DNA of 64,000 nt, from NCBI GenBank assembly GCA_026770705.1, contig JANJGN010000001.1, positions 21,328,001 through 21,392,000 of the forward strand, given 5' to 3'. This document shows, in pieces, positions 36,773 to 49,640 of this stretch. Within the stretch, counting starts at the first letter, position 1. Each line of letters begins with the position of its first letter. Source of the DNA: Isurus oxyrinchus. Its lineage: Eukaryota. The notes under the pieces were generated by a model, which searched no databases, was not told where the DNA came from, and saw only the letters and a program-made list of their open reading frames with translations. Made by a program: the position numbers and the translations under genes.

Positions 36773-38174
36773 ACCCATTAGCTTTAGGCTAATTCTGCTT
36801 CAATGGAGCTCACAAGCATATAAAATTTAAAATGCATTATGACCTTTCCAATAAGTATTTTAATGACTTATTTACATTGCAAGGTGACAAATTTGTTATT
36901 GATGATAGGTGTTTCAGTGATGGCTTGTTAAATGGTGTAGAATGGCTTAATCACTACTTGGTTTATAAGGTTAAAGAGTTTGTCAATAATTTCTACAAGT
37001 TAGTGAGTTTGTTGTCAAAAATAGTTAGTTGCTTTTATAGGGTGACAACATTGTTACCATTGTAACTAAGTTGACTGCTGAAAAATACCAGAAAGAGTCG
37101 GTATTTCGATGACAAAAATGAGTTGTCAATAGTTGCTTCCAGCTGTACTGTGTTTTTTATGCTACCTAGCATAATATAAATCATGACTTGAAAGTAGGCT
37201 GCTGAACTACCTTCTTGGCTTCATGTTATTAGAGCTTATTGTGATTATATTTAAGAGACACTAAGGGCATAATTTTGAGATACAGACTATTTAAAAAAAT
37301 ATATATAATTGTTTTGCTTGGAGACCTCTTGACTCAACAACAGCATTTATTTGGTGGAAACTACAGCAAAATCTGGATTTTGTCTCAGCAAAAAAGAGAA
37401 AAGATGGTAGTAGGCAGAGGGAGAACTAGCTGAAGAAAAAATGATTCTTATGAATTAATGTCCAGTATTTTTTATTTCAATTTTCTCCCCTTTCCCGAAG
37501 GCCTTTACTCCTTCTTGGGACACTGTTTTTGGATGCCCTGTACCTGGCCCTCTTCACTGTATGAGTCAAGGCAGTGAGGTCTGGATTCTCCTTTTTCTGA
37601 CAGGGTAGTGGTGAGTTGGGATTTTTGCTCGGCTCTTAAACACCCCCCCCCCCCCCCACCACCACCCCCCCCCCCCCACCACCTTGTGACACCCCTCTCT
37701 TGATTGGGGACCGTTTTATATCCAGGAAGGGTTCCTGGCAGGATTCCAGCACCAAGATGCTCTTACTAGGCACCCTCCTGATTGTGACACTGAAGCCCTT
37801 ATTTCAGGAACGACTGTCAGGCTTCTGCTAGTAGCCCCAGTGAGAACAGATGAATACTGTATAGTATTGTGGAAAAACTGGCTCTCTGCCAACCCTGTTT
37901 TCTGTTGGGCCATATTGAGTGACAGTGATTAGTGCATGCCCAAATTAGTCGTGTTGCTGAGTCAAGTAGTGCTTGTGTAAGCAGGGAATGGGAGGTGAAA
38001 CAAGGGCAAGCTCAATAATAAATGCCATAAACTATTATTTCACAATTGAGGGAGATTACACAGCTCTCAGTTATTCCTCAGTTATACAGGACTTTTCATT
38101 TGTGGCAGGAACAGTTCACTGATAAATTTCCTGTTTGGAGTTTTATTTATTTAAAATCATCGAGTGACAAAGCA

Positions 38175-38710
38175 ACACCAACTTGCATTTATATAGGGCC
38201 TATGACATAGGAAAATATCTGAAAGTGCTTCACAGGAGTGTTATCAAACAAAGTGTGATGTTGAGCCACGTAACAAGATGTTAGGACAGATGACCAAAAG
38301 CTTGGTTAAAGAAGTTTTAAGGACTGTTTTAAAGGAGGAAAGAGATGCAAAAGTGGAGAAGTTTAGGGAGGGAATTAAGAATTTAGGGCCGCTGCAACTG
38401 AAATCACGCCTACCAATGGTGGAATGATTAAAATCAAGATGTGCAAGAGGCCAGAATTAGAGGAGGGCAGAGATCTTGAGGGGTTATAAGGAGGAACTGT
38501 TGGAAATAGGGAAGAGTGAGGCCATGTAGGGATGAGAATTTTAAGATCGAGGTGTTGCCAGAGTGGGAGCCAATGTAGGTCAGCGAACACAATGGTGATG
38601 GGTGAATAGACTTGGTGTGAGTTAGAGTACTGGCAGCAGAGCTTTGGATGGCCTCAATTTTAAGCAGAGTGGAAATTGGTAGCACGGCCAGGACAGCATT
38701 GGAATGGATA
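38175..38710 (-). mobile_element. L2 LINE 3' fragment
   Basis: ADLHWLPLWQHLDLKIL on -; tail acttgcatttatatag. Confidence 0.82.
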
Positions 38711-38754
38711 GATAGATAGACAGACAGACATACATGGCATGGATGAAGAATACA

Positions 38755-40940
38755 GCACAGAATCAGCAGATTCAACCCATTGTGTCTGTGTTGGTTCTAA
38801 TTAGTTCCATTCTGGTGCCTTTTCCCCATAGATCTGCAATTATTTTTCCCTTCAAATAGTTATCCAATTCTCTTTTGATCTGCTTCCACCACTATTTCAT
38901 GGGTGGCATATTTCATGAGCAATGACCATCTCCAACAAGAGAGAATCTAACCATCGTCCCTTGATGTTAATGGTATTACTGTCACTGAATTCCCCACTAT
39001 CAACATCCTGGGGATTACTGTTGACCAGAAACTGAACTGGACTTGCCATATAAATACTGTGGCTACAAGAGCAGGTCAGAAGCTAAGGATCCTGCAGCGA
39101 GTAAGTCACCTTCTGACTCCCCAAAGCCTGCCCATCATCTACAAAGCACAAGTCAGGAGTGTGATGGAATACTCCCCACTTGCCTGGATGAATGCAGCTC
39201 CCACAACACTCAAGAAGCTTCACACCATCCAGGACAAAGCAGCCCACTTGATTGGCTCCCCATTCACAAACATTCACTCCCTCCAACACCGATGCACAGT
39301 AGCAGCCGTGTGTACCATCTACAAGATGCACTGCAGGAACTCACCAAGACTCCTTAGACAGCACCTTCCAAGCCCACGATCACTACCATCTAGAAGGACA
39401 AGGGCAGCAGATAAATGGGAACACCACCACCTGGAAGTTCCCCTCCAAGTCACTCACCATCCTGACTTGGAAATATATTGCCGCTCCTTCACTGTCGCTG
39501 GAGCAAAATCCTGGAACTCCCTCCCTAACAGCACTGTGGGTGTACCTACACCACGTGGACTGCAGTGATTCAAGAAGGCAGCTCAACACCACCTTCTCAA
39601 GGGCAATTAGGGATAGGCAATAAATGAAGCCCCTCATCCCAGGTACCATTCTGGTGAATCTGCTCTAGATGCTGCCTTAGGCATTGAAATTCTTCCTAAA
39701 GTGTGATGCCCAGAAATGAACACAATACTTCAGCTGTGGCCCACCCAGTGTCTTATAAAGACTTAGCATAGCATCCTTGCTTTTGTACCCTGTGCCTCTG
39801 TTTATAAGACCAAGGATATCATATACAGTACTTTTTAAACAGCCTTTAACCTTCTCAATTTGCCTTGTCACCTTTAAAGATTTGTTTCAGTACACACTCC
39901 GCACCGCACCCCCCCGGCCTCCCGGCAAACCACCCAGCAAATTTTTTTCCACAATCTCCTTTAAAATTGTACCTGATGGCTCATATTGCCCTTCCTCATT
40001 CTTCCTACCAGAATGCATCACTTTATATTTCTGTCTTAATTTCTGATGCCTGCCTATTTCACCAATCTGCCTAAGTCTACCTCAAGTCTGTTACTACCCA
40101 CCTCACTGTTTATGCATTTTTCAGTTTGTGTCATTTGCAGATGTTAAAATTATGCCATTTACATCCAAGTCCAGGTCCTCAGCATATATGACCTGACTCT
40201 AATACTGACCCCTGAGGGCAACACTATACTTCCCTCCAGTCTGAAAAGCAACTGTTCAGCGCTGCTGTCTGCTCTCTTTCTCTTCACCAGTTATGTAGCC
40301 ATGTTGTTACAACCCCATTTATCCTGCAAGGGGCCTCTATTTTGTGTGCTATGTATTATGTGGAACTTCATTAAATGCCTTTGGAATGGCCATATACAAA
40401 ACAGTAACCTTCATCAGACCTCCCCATTAGTCATCAAAGAACTCAATCAAGTTAGTAAAAACATGATTTGTCTTTAACAAATCCATGTTGACTGTCATTT
40501 ATTAACCCATACATTTACAAGTAATAATGGTTCAGCTTATTAAATGTCCCCCCATCACTGATGTTAGGATGACTGCCATGTTTACCCCTCCCCTTTTTTG
40601 AACAGTGGTTTAACATTTGCAATCCTCCAGTCCTCTGATGCTGCTCCTATGTCTCAGGAGGATTGGAAGATTATGATAAGAGCTTCCATTATCTCCACCC
40701 TTACTTCCCTCAGCAGCCAAGGGTGCATCTCATCCAGATTGGGTGACTTTTCTATTTTGAGAATTGCCAACTCTTTAAGTACCTCTTCTTTATTTATTTT
40801 TATCCTATCTATTTTTTTCTACTACCTTCTCCTTTTACTGTGACATTTGCAGCATCCTCTTCTTTAGTAAAGACAGATGTAAAACACTCAATTAGCATCT
40901 CTGCCTTTACAAAATCACATCCTTTTTGGTTCCTAACCGG
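38755..40940 (-). mobile_element. Old CR1 interrupted by a family A LINE
   Basis: YKSKDAMLSLYKTL..QLKYCVHFWASHFRK on -. Confidence 0.78.
38917..39626 (+). mobile_element. Family A LINE 3' fragment (well preserved) nested in CR1
   Basis: ORF 39059-39568 with IYKAQVRSVMEYSPLAW. Confidence 0.9.
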
Positions 40941-41124
40941 TGGTAGGCATGTTCAAATATTTCATTATCTTGTTGCAAATTTTAAAGAAACATGTATGGG
41001 AGCAAGAGTTTTGACCAAGTTTAGTAATGTTTTTGTTTCTCATGTATAGAATACTAAGAATTGTAAGTTTATAATGCTTAGCAACACATATCACAGTGTA
41101 CATGGATCAATTGGTGACTGTTAA

Positions 41125-41448
41125 AAATTAATTTATGGGTTGTGGGCATCACTAGCTAGGCCAGCATTTATTGCCCATTCCTAGTTGCCCTTGAGAAGGT
41201 GGTGGTGAGCTGCTTTCTTGAATCACTGCAGTCCATGTGGTGTAGGTACACTCACAGTGCTGTGCGTGAGAGAGTTCCAGGATTTTGACCCAGCAACAGT
41301 GAAGGAATGATGATATATTTCCAAGTCAGGATAGTGTGTGGCTCGGAGGGGAACTTGCAGATGGTGATGTTCCCATCTATCTGCTGCCCTTATCCTTCTA
41401 GATGGTTGTGGGTTTGGAAGGTGCTGTCTAAGGAGGCTAGGTGAGTCA
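41125..41448 (-). mobile_element. Family A LINE 3' end
   Basis: Reverse match to the family tail. Confidence 0.85.
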
Positions 41449-42385
41449 TTAAAGTGTTAAAAATGTGCACTTGCTATTCATTAGACATCCAAACTATCAG
41501 CTTATTTTGCTGCTTATTGGCATTTTAATTTGGACTGCCCCTTATATTTTTTTTAGCATGAATTATAGTATGCCATCGATCAGCAACCAAAAAATGCTAA
41601 ATACTTAATCCTGGAAATATTTTGTTCAGCTACATTTTGATAAATGGTGCTAAAAAAAATCCTGGGAAAAATAATTTTGTCAGGCTGACAAAATAAAATA
41701 TTTCTGAGACAGCAATGCTGTTTAAAATATTTTAAATCTTACTGTTGCAGAACTCAGAATATCATTCTGTAATATATATATTGACTATCCAATCTCTCAA
41801 ATGTAGCAATCATTTTTTTTTCAAAATGCTTATTTGCTGCATTGTTTAGCACTAGATTTATTGTTCCTCGAAATGCTTGAAAAAGATGGAGTAACTAACT
41901 TCTGTATTTAAATTAGGGTTGTTTGAAGATGTTGAGTGAAAATGTATCATCTATAGCTTATAAGGCCAAAGTTCAGTGGGCTGAGTAATAGGGCTGAGTT
42001 GTGCCTGCCTGGTGTTGACCCCATTTTGATGCATAGGTTAAAGGGAGGCTTCATCTCATGTAGTTATGGCCAAAGATGTCTGTGTCACTATTGTCTTATC
42101 TCAGGAACCCATCTTTTTAAGGAAATCAGAACTTTTGGCATGAGATGCTGACCTGAGTTCTGTGACTCGTTACTGCAAGAAGTAGCAATTGTATTTAAAG
42201 TGGCGCCTTCCGTAAAACCCCTATGTGGCCATTTGGCTTCCTTTATAAGGGGTTGAAAAATTCTACCAGATTTTTTAACAACTTATGGGGTCCAGGACTC
42301 TACTTGTGTTGGCTGACCAGCTGATCAGTGCGTGCTGACTGGGCCCACTGAAAGATTCTCGTTGTTGAGGAGGAGAAAATTCCTA

Positions 42386-43665
42386 GGGTGGAATTTTCCC
42401 TGCCCGCTGGCATTGGGCATGCTCGGTGGCATGAGTGGACAATATGGCGAGAAGGCCAAAAACCGGTTTCACAAATTCGTGAAACCAGTTTGCTATTGTC
42501 CACTAAACCCGTTGATGGTGGGCCACATTTCCCACTATCAGACATCAGGAACCTCATTGTAATACACCTGCATATCATTATAAGGCTAGCCTGCCGGACT
42601 CATCCCCTCATGCTGGATTGTTTGCCCACGTGTTTCACAACTGTACATTAGTGACATGCACCTGGCAAGCTACACGTCGCCTGGGACTTCTATGTTTGTT
42701 TGCCTACCATTTTTCAGGCAGCACGCACAGTCATTAGTGCTAGACAGGACCACAGTATTTTTAGGGGGGCTCATGGGCAGGTCTCTACCTACCAGACCAG
42801 CCATAAGGCGAGGATGGCTTTGTACGGCTGCAGGGCTAGGGCTTGCTTGGGGTAGTGGGGAGAAGTGGCTCCAGGCAAGGGAAGAGACTGCAGGTTGAGG
42901 GCTGTACTGGGTAAGGGGGGTGGGGTGGGGGGGTGGGTTGTATCCCAGGGTCTGTGTGGGCGCACAGGTTGATCTGTGCCTCAAGATGGTGAGGGCTGAG
43001 GACGCAGTCTCCTGAGCTGATGAGGCCAGATGGAGATGTGAGCATGTGTGTGAAAGAGTGAGTGATGACATCCCTTGAGCTGGCAGTGAGTGAGACACCA
43101 ATGAATGTGTGATCGGCTTGAGTGTGTGAGTTTAGAGTGATGAGACGGTTGCCTTACCCTGGCAGCACAGATGAGATCATTCATCCTCTACCTGCATTGC
43201 GTGGCCAACCTCTCCTGTGCAGCTTTTGCACTGATCACTACTACTATTGCCTACCAAGCCGGGATGGTAATGTTGCTGTCTCTCCTGTGGCCAGAGTGGG
43301 GGTAGAGGACATCATGGCAGGCCTCCACAGGTCCAAAAGGCGTCACTAAACCTGGGGGCTGCAGTCTTCTAGCCTTTCGGGGCTATGTCTTATTTGCAGC
43401 AGTCCTGGGCTGGATGTACTGAGAGGTGCACGCGCGGCTGTACATTAAATGTGGTGCCTGTCGTAATGAAGTGGTGAGGTGACGGTGTGGCAGGCAAATT
43501 GGAGCCTGCCTGCCATCAAAATGGTGTGTTTCCCAGGAATGCATAGTTAATGCAGCGGGTTTGGGATAATTATGGCATGAGAAGTCGCCATTGTGGCCGG
43601 TGGGTAAAACAATGTTTTACCCACCAGCTACCGCATTTAGTGCAAATCTGGGACGATTCTGTCTC
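42386..43665 (-). mobile_element. Harbinger deletion derivative, same family as 4502-6768, opposite orientation
   Basis: Right end tgcaaatctgggacgattc is the reverse complement of the 4502 terminus; MNDLICAARV Myb-like ORF on -; left end gggtggaattttccc. Confidence 0.85.
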
Positions 43666-44622
43666 TGAATTTCTTCCCCTCTGAGCATCATAGAGGAGGC
43701 CCCATCCCAAAGAAGGTCCCATGGAAAATGACAAGGCTGGAACTAAGTGCATCAGGTTCCTGGTCCAAGTTTCTGCAATTCTGGTGTATTCCTGCTGGAC
43801 TTATAATGGTGGCGCAGGAGAAGGGCTATGAATTTTTGAACCATATCTGTTTATCTATAAGAGTGCTTTCACACTGAAATCCTACATGGAGAACCTTCTG
43901 TGCCCTACTTGAATGACTGCAGTTATTTTTTATTGTAAACCTACTCTTTAAATTTATTATAAATTCTTGTGATATGTGTTTATTAATTGTGGCATAATTG
44001 TAGCTACTGTAGTTGGACTAATCATTTTGCAACTATTTGCATTTTTTTGAAGGAGATTGGTAATCCTCACCTGTGATAGGATTTTGCCCATCATTCAGGT
44101 TTTGCTTTCTCTCACGCAGTAAGATTGGAAGTAAAAAAGAAATTGTGACATAAGTTAACTAGCCTTGACCAGTTGACAGGTCATAGTCTTCTATTGGAAA
44201 CGCTTACTACAGTAGATCTCTGTTCCACTGAAAACATGCAGTTTGCTGCTTTTTACCATCCTGTTAGATCTAGAGTGATATGCAATGTATTTTGCTGTGC
44301 AATTTAGGGGGCAAAACAAACTGGCAAGTTCCTCTATGTTCCCATAAGGCAATCAACAAGTTCCAGGAGATCACTGTGATTAGGCAGTACAAACTTCGGT
44401 CCAACCTATCTTCTGTATGCAGGATATTAGCTGTCACAAGGAATTCATGTAGTTCCTTTTGGAACTGTTGCAGTATACCTGCACATGCCCTTGATCTGGC
44501 TTGTTCCAGGCATCACCTCTTCCACCACTGCTATAATTTTACTGCTTTGATACTTTGTGGTAATAGTACAGTTGTAAGTGTACAATTGAAGCTATATTTT
44601 ATGTGATATGGTGTCTTGCCAG

Positions 44623-44666
44623 TACAATTGGAAACAATGGAGAGAAATTTATTTGGAGCTTTGGAA
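44623..44666 (+). CDS. Candidate alternative 5' exon of ccdc149 (VQLETMERNLFGALE)
   Basis: Acceptor tcttgccag|, strong-context ATG (aacaATGg) at 44637, donor GAA|gtaagt, phase-0 exit in frame with exon 2. Confidence 0.5.
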
Positions 44667-46066
44667 GTAAGTGTTCATGTTAGTTTTGTGATTCATTACT
44701 GAAAGAAGTAGCAATTGGATTTAAAGTGGTCCCATGAATTCAGTGGCGTATCTCAGCTGAGGGAAATTTCCAGATGGTAGATAGTTGCATCAGGGAGAGC
44801 AAATGCAGATCACCTAACAGAATGGCACCAACTCTCCTAATAACACCAGAAAACTGCCTCAGATTGTAATGAGGCGAAATAAATGAAGGCCTATCACAGA
44901 TCTCTATGATAAAAGTGAGTGCATGATATTGATCAAATGGATGACAGCTGTATTACAAAAAATGCCAGACGTGTATTGGAGTTATTCAGTACCTCGCGTG
45001 CATCACCATATTGTACAATATCTGGTCAGCCAAGCTTTGCGAGTATAGATTTTTTTTCTGCTGTCTTGGTCCTCTATTTAAATTAACTTTATAGCCATGT
45101 AGAAATGGTAATGAGACTCTGTTACAGTGGTTGATCAACTAAATTGATGTTCATTAAGTAGAATGTTTTACTGTGTTTGAATAAAGAATTATGGATATCC
45201 AGGAGTGATTACAAAGCAAAAATCCTACCAAAGCTCTTCTGATATTTTCATGTACCAGAAGCTTTAAACTGAAGTGATTTTCAACTGTCTTGTCGAACTC
45301 CTGTATTATTCCATTGCAACTCTGTTTTGATTGCTGGCTAGAGGTAGAGAAAGTTTGCCAAAATTCTCCAACCAATGGGAGCAAGATGTTTTCACAATAG
45401 TGATATAAATTACTTCTCGTTTATCAAGTGACAATCAAAAATTAATTAGCAAAGATTAACGCAGTGGACATATATTGTGTGGATTGTAAAATTAAACAAT
45501 GAAGGAATTCATCAAATTTTGCATATTTGACAAACTGCAAATGGAAAATCTCAACTCTCAACTCCTCACACTGCCCAACACTCATCACTGCTACTCACTG
45601 GCCGTTGTGTTACCCCTATATGCTTCCTTAAGGTGTGGGTGCTCTGGTGATTAGCCTGGAAATTAGGACACTGCTTCTTGCTAACCGTGCAATGTTCAGT
45701 AAGGTTAATGGTGGCAATAGGGGGTCCATCCCAGCACTTATGCATACATAAATACCCAGGATGTTTTGTAGGTAAATATGCAGAAGCCCTCATTAATACT
45801 AAAGGCTGTAGGTTTTCTGTGACATTGTCATGGTTACAAACAAATTGCAGTCAATTGTTGTAGCACTCAAATTTAGTTGCCTAAGGAAACTTAGGGATGC
45901 TTATTTAAATTGCAGCTTATGTGTCACAAAAGTTCAGTAGGTGGTAGAAATTTGTGGAAGTTTAAGAAAAAAAACCCAACTGTCTCTTTATAAAGAACAA
46001 AATCTGAAACTTGTGTGGTTTTACATCATGCTTTGGCCTAAATTTAACATTTTTCTTCTGTTTCAG

Positions 46067-46228
46067 TATTTGATATGTAAAAGAAAACTGGAGAGCAAGA
46101 AGGAAGCTCTGTTGATTCTCTCCAAGGAGCTTGATACGTGCCAACAAGAGCGGGACCAGTACAAACTAATGGCTAATCAGCTACGGGAGCGCCATCAATC
46201 ACTGAAGAAAAAGTACAGGGAACTCATA
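46067..46228 (+). CDS. ccdc149: CCDC149 coding exon 2 (YLICKRKLESKKEALLILSKELDTCQQERDQYKLMANQLRERHQSLKKKYRELI)
   Basis: Polypyrimidine acceptor ttttcttctgtttcag|, 162 nt, phase 0/0, donor ATA|gtaagt. Near-identical to the coiled-coil CCDC149 sequence as I recall it. Confidence 0.95.
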
Positions 46229-49084
46229 GTAAGTTACTATTTTTAACCTATGAGTCTATCCTAGTTGCATTGTGGAAGGAAGAAACAGAATTAAGTCATT
46301 TTCAAAAAAAAAATTAGGAAAACATTATTTGTAATTTTGTCTTACAGTTTTAGGGTGAATTTAAACACCAACTTTTGCATCACTAGATAAAATTTCCAAT
46401 TCATTGATGAAGTTGTTGTGTAGGCAAGGGTCCAACCTAGAAATTTTACAGCAGATCACACAAGAGCAATGAAAGTAAATTCCATTTCTGCTGGAGATTG
46501 CACACCCAACTGCAAGTTTTGGACTGCATTACAAATGTGGCCTTCTGCAGTTCAGATTTAGAAGGACAGAACAATGGGAATTCATTCCTACACCATTATC
46601 ACATCAGAGGATCAAAGGACTTCAGCGATTTTAAAGTTGGGAAACTGGTGCAAATCAGTATTCCAAAACTGCAATGAATTTGATATAAATTTTCACTTTG
46701 TGAAATATGAACACATTCCTCTTTGCATCATCTAGCTCTGAACTTGCAGTCCAAATTAAGTAATCTGCTTAGATATACATTTTCCACTATTCATCAGCAT
46801 TTAAAAAATCTGGATCGTTTGTCATTGCAATCTTGTCTCTAATGCGGACTATTTCAAATCTGTGAATCTCTCCATAAATTAGAGGCCCAAGTCAATAAAT
46901 CATCTCATGATTTGTACAATCAACTCCAGTGCAACTGTTTAAATATTTGAGGGCTGAAAACCCATTCAAATCGTGTTTCTGGATAGACCGCAATACCCCA
47001 AAACTAATGCATTGCACTGTACTTTGCAGGCTTCTGGGACAGACAGTCACCTGAAATGCACACCTAGTGGTGTGTCATTCACCCATAATATTTAAATAAT
47101 ATGATGTTCCTCTGTTGTTGGAAATCACAGGGAAGCATATCCGTATTCAGCTCCAAGGTGGTCTGCATTATCCACAGTATTTCAAAATTGATCTTGCCAA
47201 TGATCAGCATAAAATTGGAACATCCTGCTTCTACTTAACCACTGATGCTTCCTTGTTAAAAAAACATTGTGAACCAAGCATATGAAATTTGCATCAAATG
47301 CCTTCTGAAAATCCAAGTAGATAGCATCCCCTGGATTATTCTCATGAATCAATTTAGTTAATGCTTCAAAGAATTTCAGCAGATTGTAAATTCATGTTCA
47401 GAATTTATTTTCTGACTGTAGTGCTCTTTAAATGAACGTGGGTGATTTGGCATAAAATGCTGTTAAGTAGTTTTTCCTCATAACCAATATTAGGCTATTT
47501 GGCTAAGTCTAGAGTTCATGACTGGCTTCTCCTTTGAATATTGAGATTATATTATTACAGTCTCATCTATTTTTTCACTCTGCATCATTTAATTCATTTT
47601 TTTTTTGGGAGCTTCACACACTTAATGGCCTGGATTTTGCAGTACCAATGATGGTGAAACTGTCAGAATTCGCTGTTATTACTCCTCTTAAACTACAGCA
47701 ACTTCTGCAGTTAAATGTAAAAATCCAGAAGTTGCTGTCAGTGATTCAAAACTTCTCCAGAGGGTATGCTGTTGAGGACACCACAGACTGCAATCAATTA
47801 GAAACCATTGCATTGGCGAGAATTTACATTCTTATACTCTTAATCGCTCTATAAAAACTCTTGAAATCTTGTTTTTAATGGCCCACTAAGTTCATAATTA
47901 CTGCTAAACATCTTCACTGCCCTAAAAGAGTAATTTTATATTTGTTGAATGTCAAATTTCTCCATAGGAAATTCCATATTTATTTTGAAGTCTGTTTACA
48001 ATTTATTCAGTTTCCGCCTCAACCCCATGTGCCTGTCCCAATCATTTATTTTGTTATCTACTAAAAAAAATTAAATTAACAGTGAAGGGATTCAGTGATT
48101 TCTACTTCCAGCTTTGTTGTCAGTGGGAATACTTCAATATGTTTGGCTACTTACCCTGCTTGATGACATCACTGTTGCTGGATGCCTGGAGATCCTTTGA
48201 CTTGGCATCAGAAACAAAGTGACATTGGGAAATGGGAACTCCACGCCGCAGAATTCACAAGATCTCTTTGATTTCTAGCAGATTTCTTTGAGTCAGCTTT
48301 GCGCCTGACTGCAAATTCCTACCCAATTAATGTACTTGCCAATCAATAAATGTTGAGCGTAGTATATTACGTGTGCCTATAGGCATGGCAGATTATGTCA
48401 TGTTTTTCTGATTTGCTCAAATAACCAGTTATCACCGCTGATTGCTTAAATATGGACAGAATGAAAAAGGCTAGTAATAATCAACCAGCAACCCATACAA
48501 AACCAAACAAGTTGCTTAAATGATTTTCTAAGACCACCAATCAGAATTTTTTTCTGATTTTTTTTCTGATTTTTTTTTTCTGACTTATCTCTGACCATGT
48601 TGTCTCCCAAGCAGCAGACTATCCAGATGTAAAAAAAAATCTTGTAACAACTTAAAATAATTAAGAAAATTAACAAATAAATTGACTTATCCATAAATTC
48701 ACAATATCCTGTAAGAAATTGGTCTGATGGATAATTAACACTTGGAAGTCAGGGACTTGAAATTTGTTCCTTCCTGAAGTTTATTTTCTTCTAAAGATAT
48801 TTCTTCATCTTTATTTCTGTGATCAGGGGTATTCTGTAGAGATGTGAACTCTACATGTGTGACGTTAGTGCCCAGCAGTGTTATTGCTGGTCTTCTGCAG
48901 TCTCACTTCTATTTACATTCTTAAGCATTGGGTGCTACAGTATCATCAAGTTGCTGTTAGGTGCCAGGTTCTGCCACAGTTCATCCCTTGTCTAGTATTT
49001 GATAGATAATTTCCTTATCAATAATGCAGCTTTTCCTCTTACACATGGCTTCTCAAATCATAAGAAGAGATTGCATGCAATATA

Positions 49085-49640
49085 ATATAAATATTGTGGC
49101 TTTCTGAGCAGGTCAGAGTCTAGGAATTCTGCAGTGAGAAACTCACCTCCTGAATCCCCAAAGTAATCTACAATGCACAAGTCGAGAGTGTGATGGAATA
49201 TTCTACACTTTTCTGGATGAGTGCAGGTCCAATACTCAAGAAACTTGACATGATCTAAGAGAAATCACCCTGCTTGATCAGCACCACATTCACAATCTTA
49301 AACCTTCACTTTCTCCAGCACAGTGGCAGCAATGTTTACCATCCCTAAGATGCACTGCAGCAATTTGCTAAGGGGTCTTCAAGAACACCTTTTAAATCTA
49401 CAACCTCCAACACCCAGAAGGATAATGGTAGCAGATGCATGGAAGCACCACCAGCTGCAAGTTCCCCATCAAATCAAACACCGTCCTGACTTGGAACTCT
49501 ATCACTGCTCCTTCACTGTCACTGGGTCAAAATCCTGGAACTCCCTCTCTATATACCTGCTCAAGGGCAATTCGGGATGGGAAATAATTGTTGGCCTTGC
49601 CAGCACTGCCCATACATAAGAACGAATAAAAAAGAAATAA
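49085..49640 (+). mobile_element. Family A LINE 3' fragment
   Basis: Family motifs and tail. Confidence 0.8.

Noticed and set aside
45941-46066. N-terminal part of ORF 45941-46246
   Set aside because: Intronic read-through upstream of the true acceptor at 46066.
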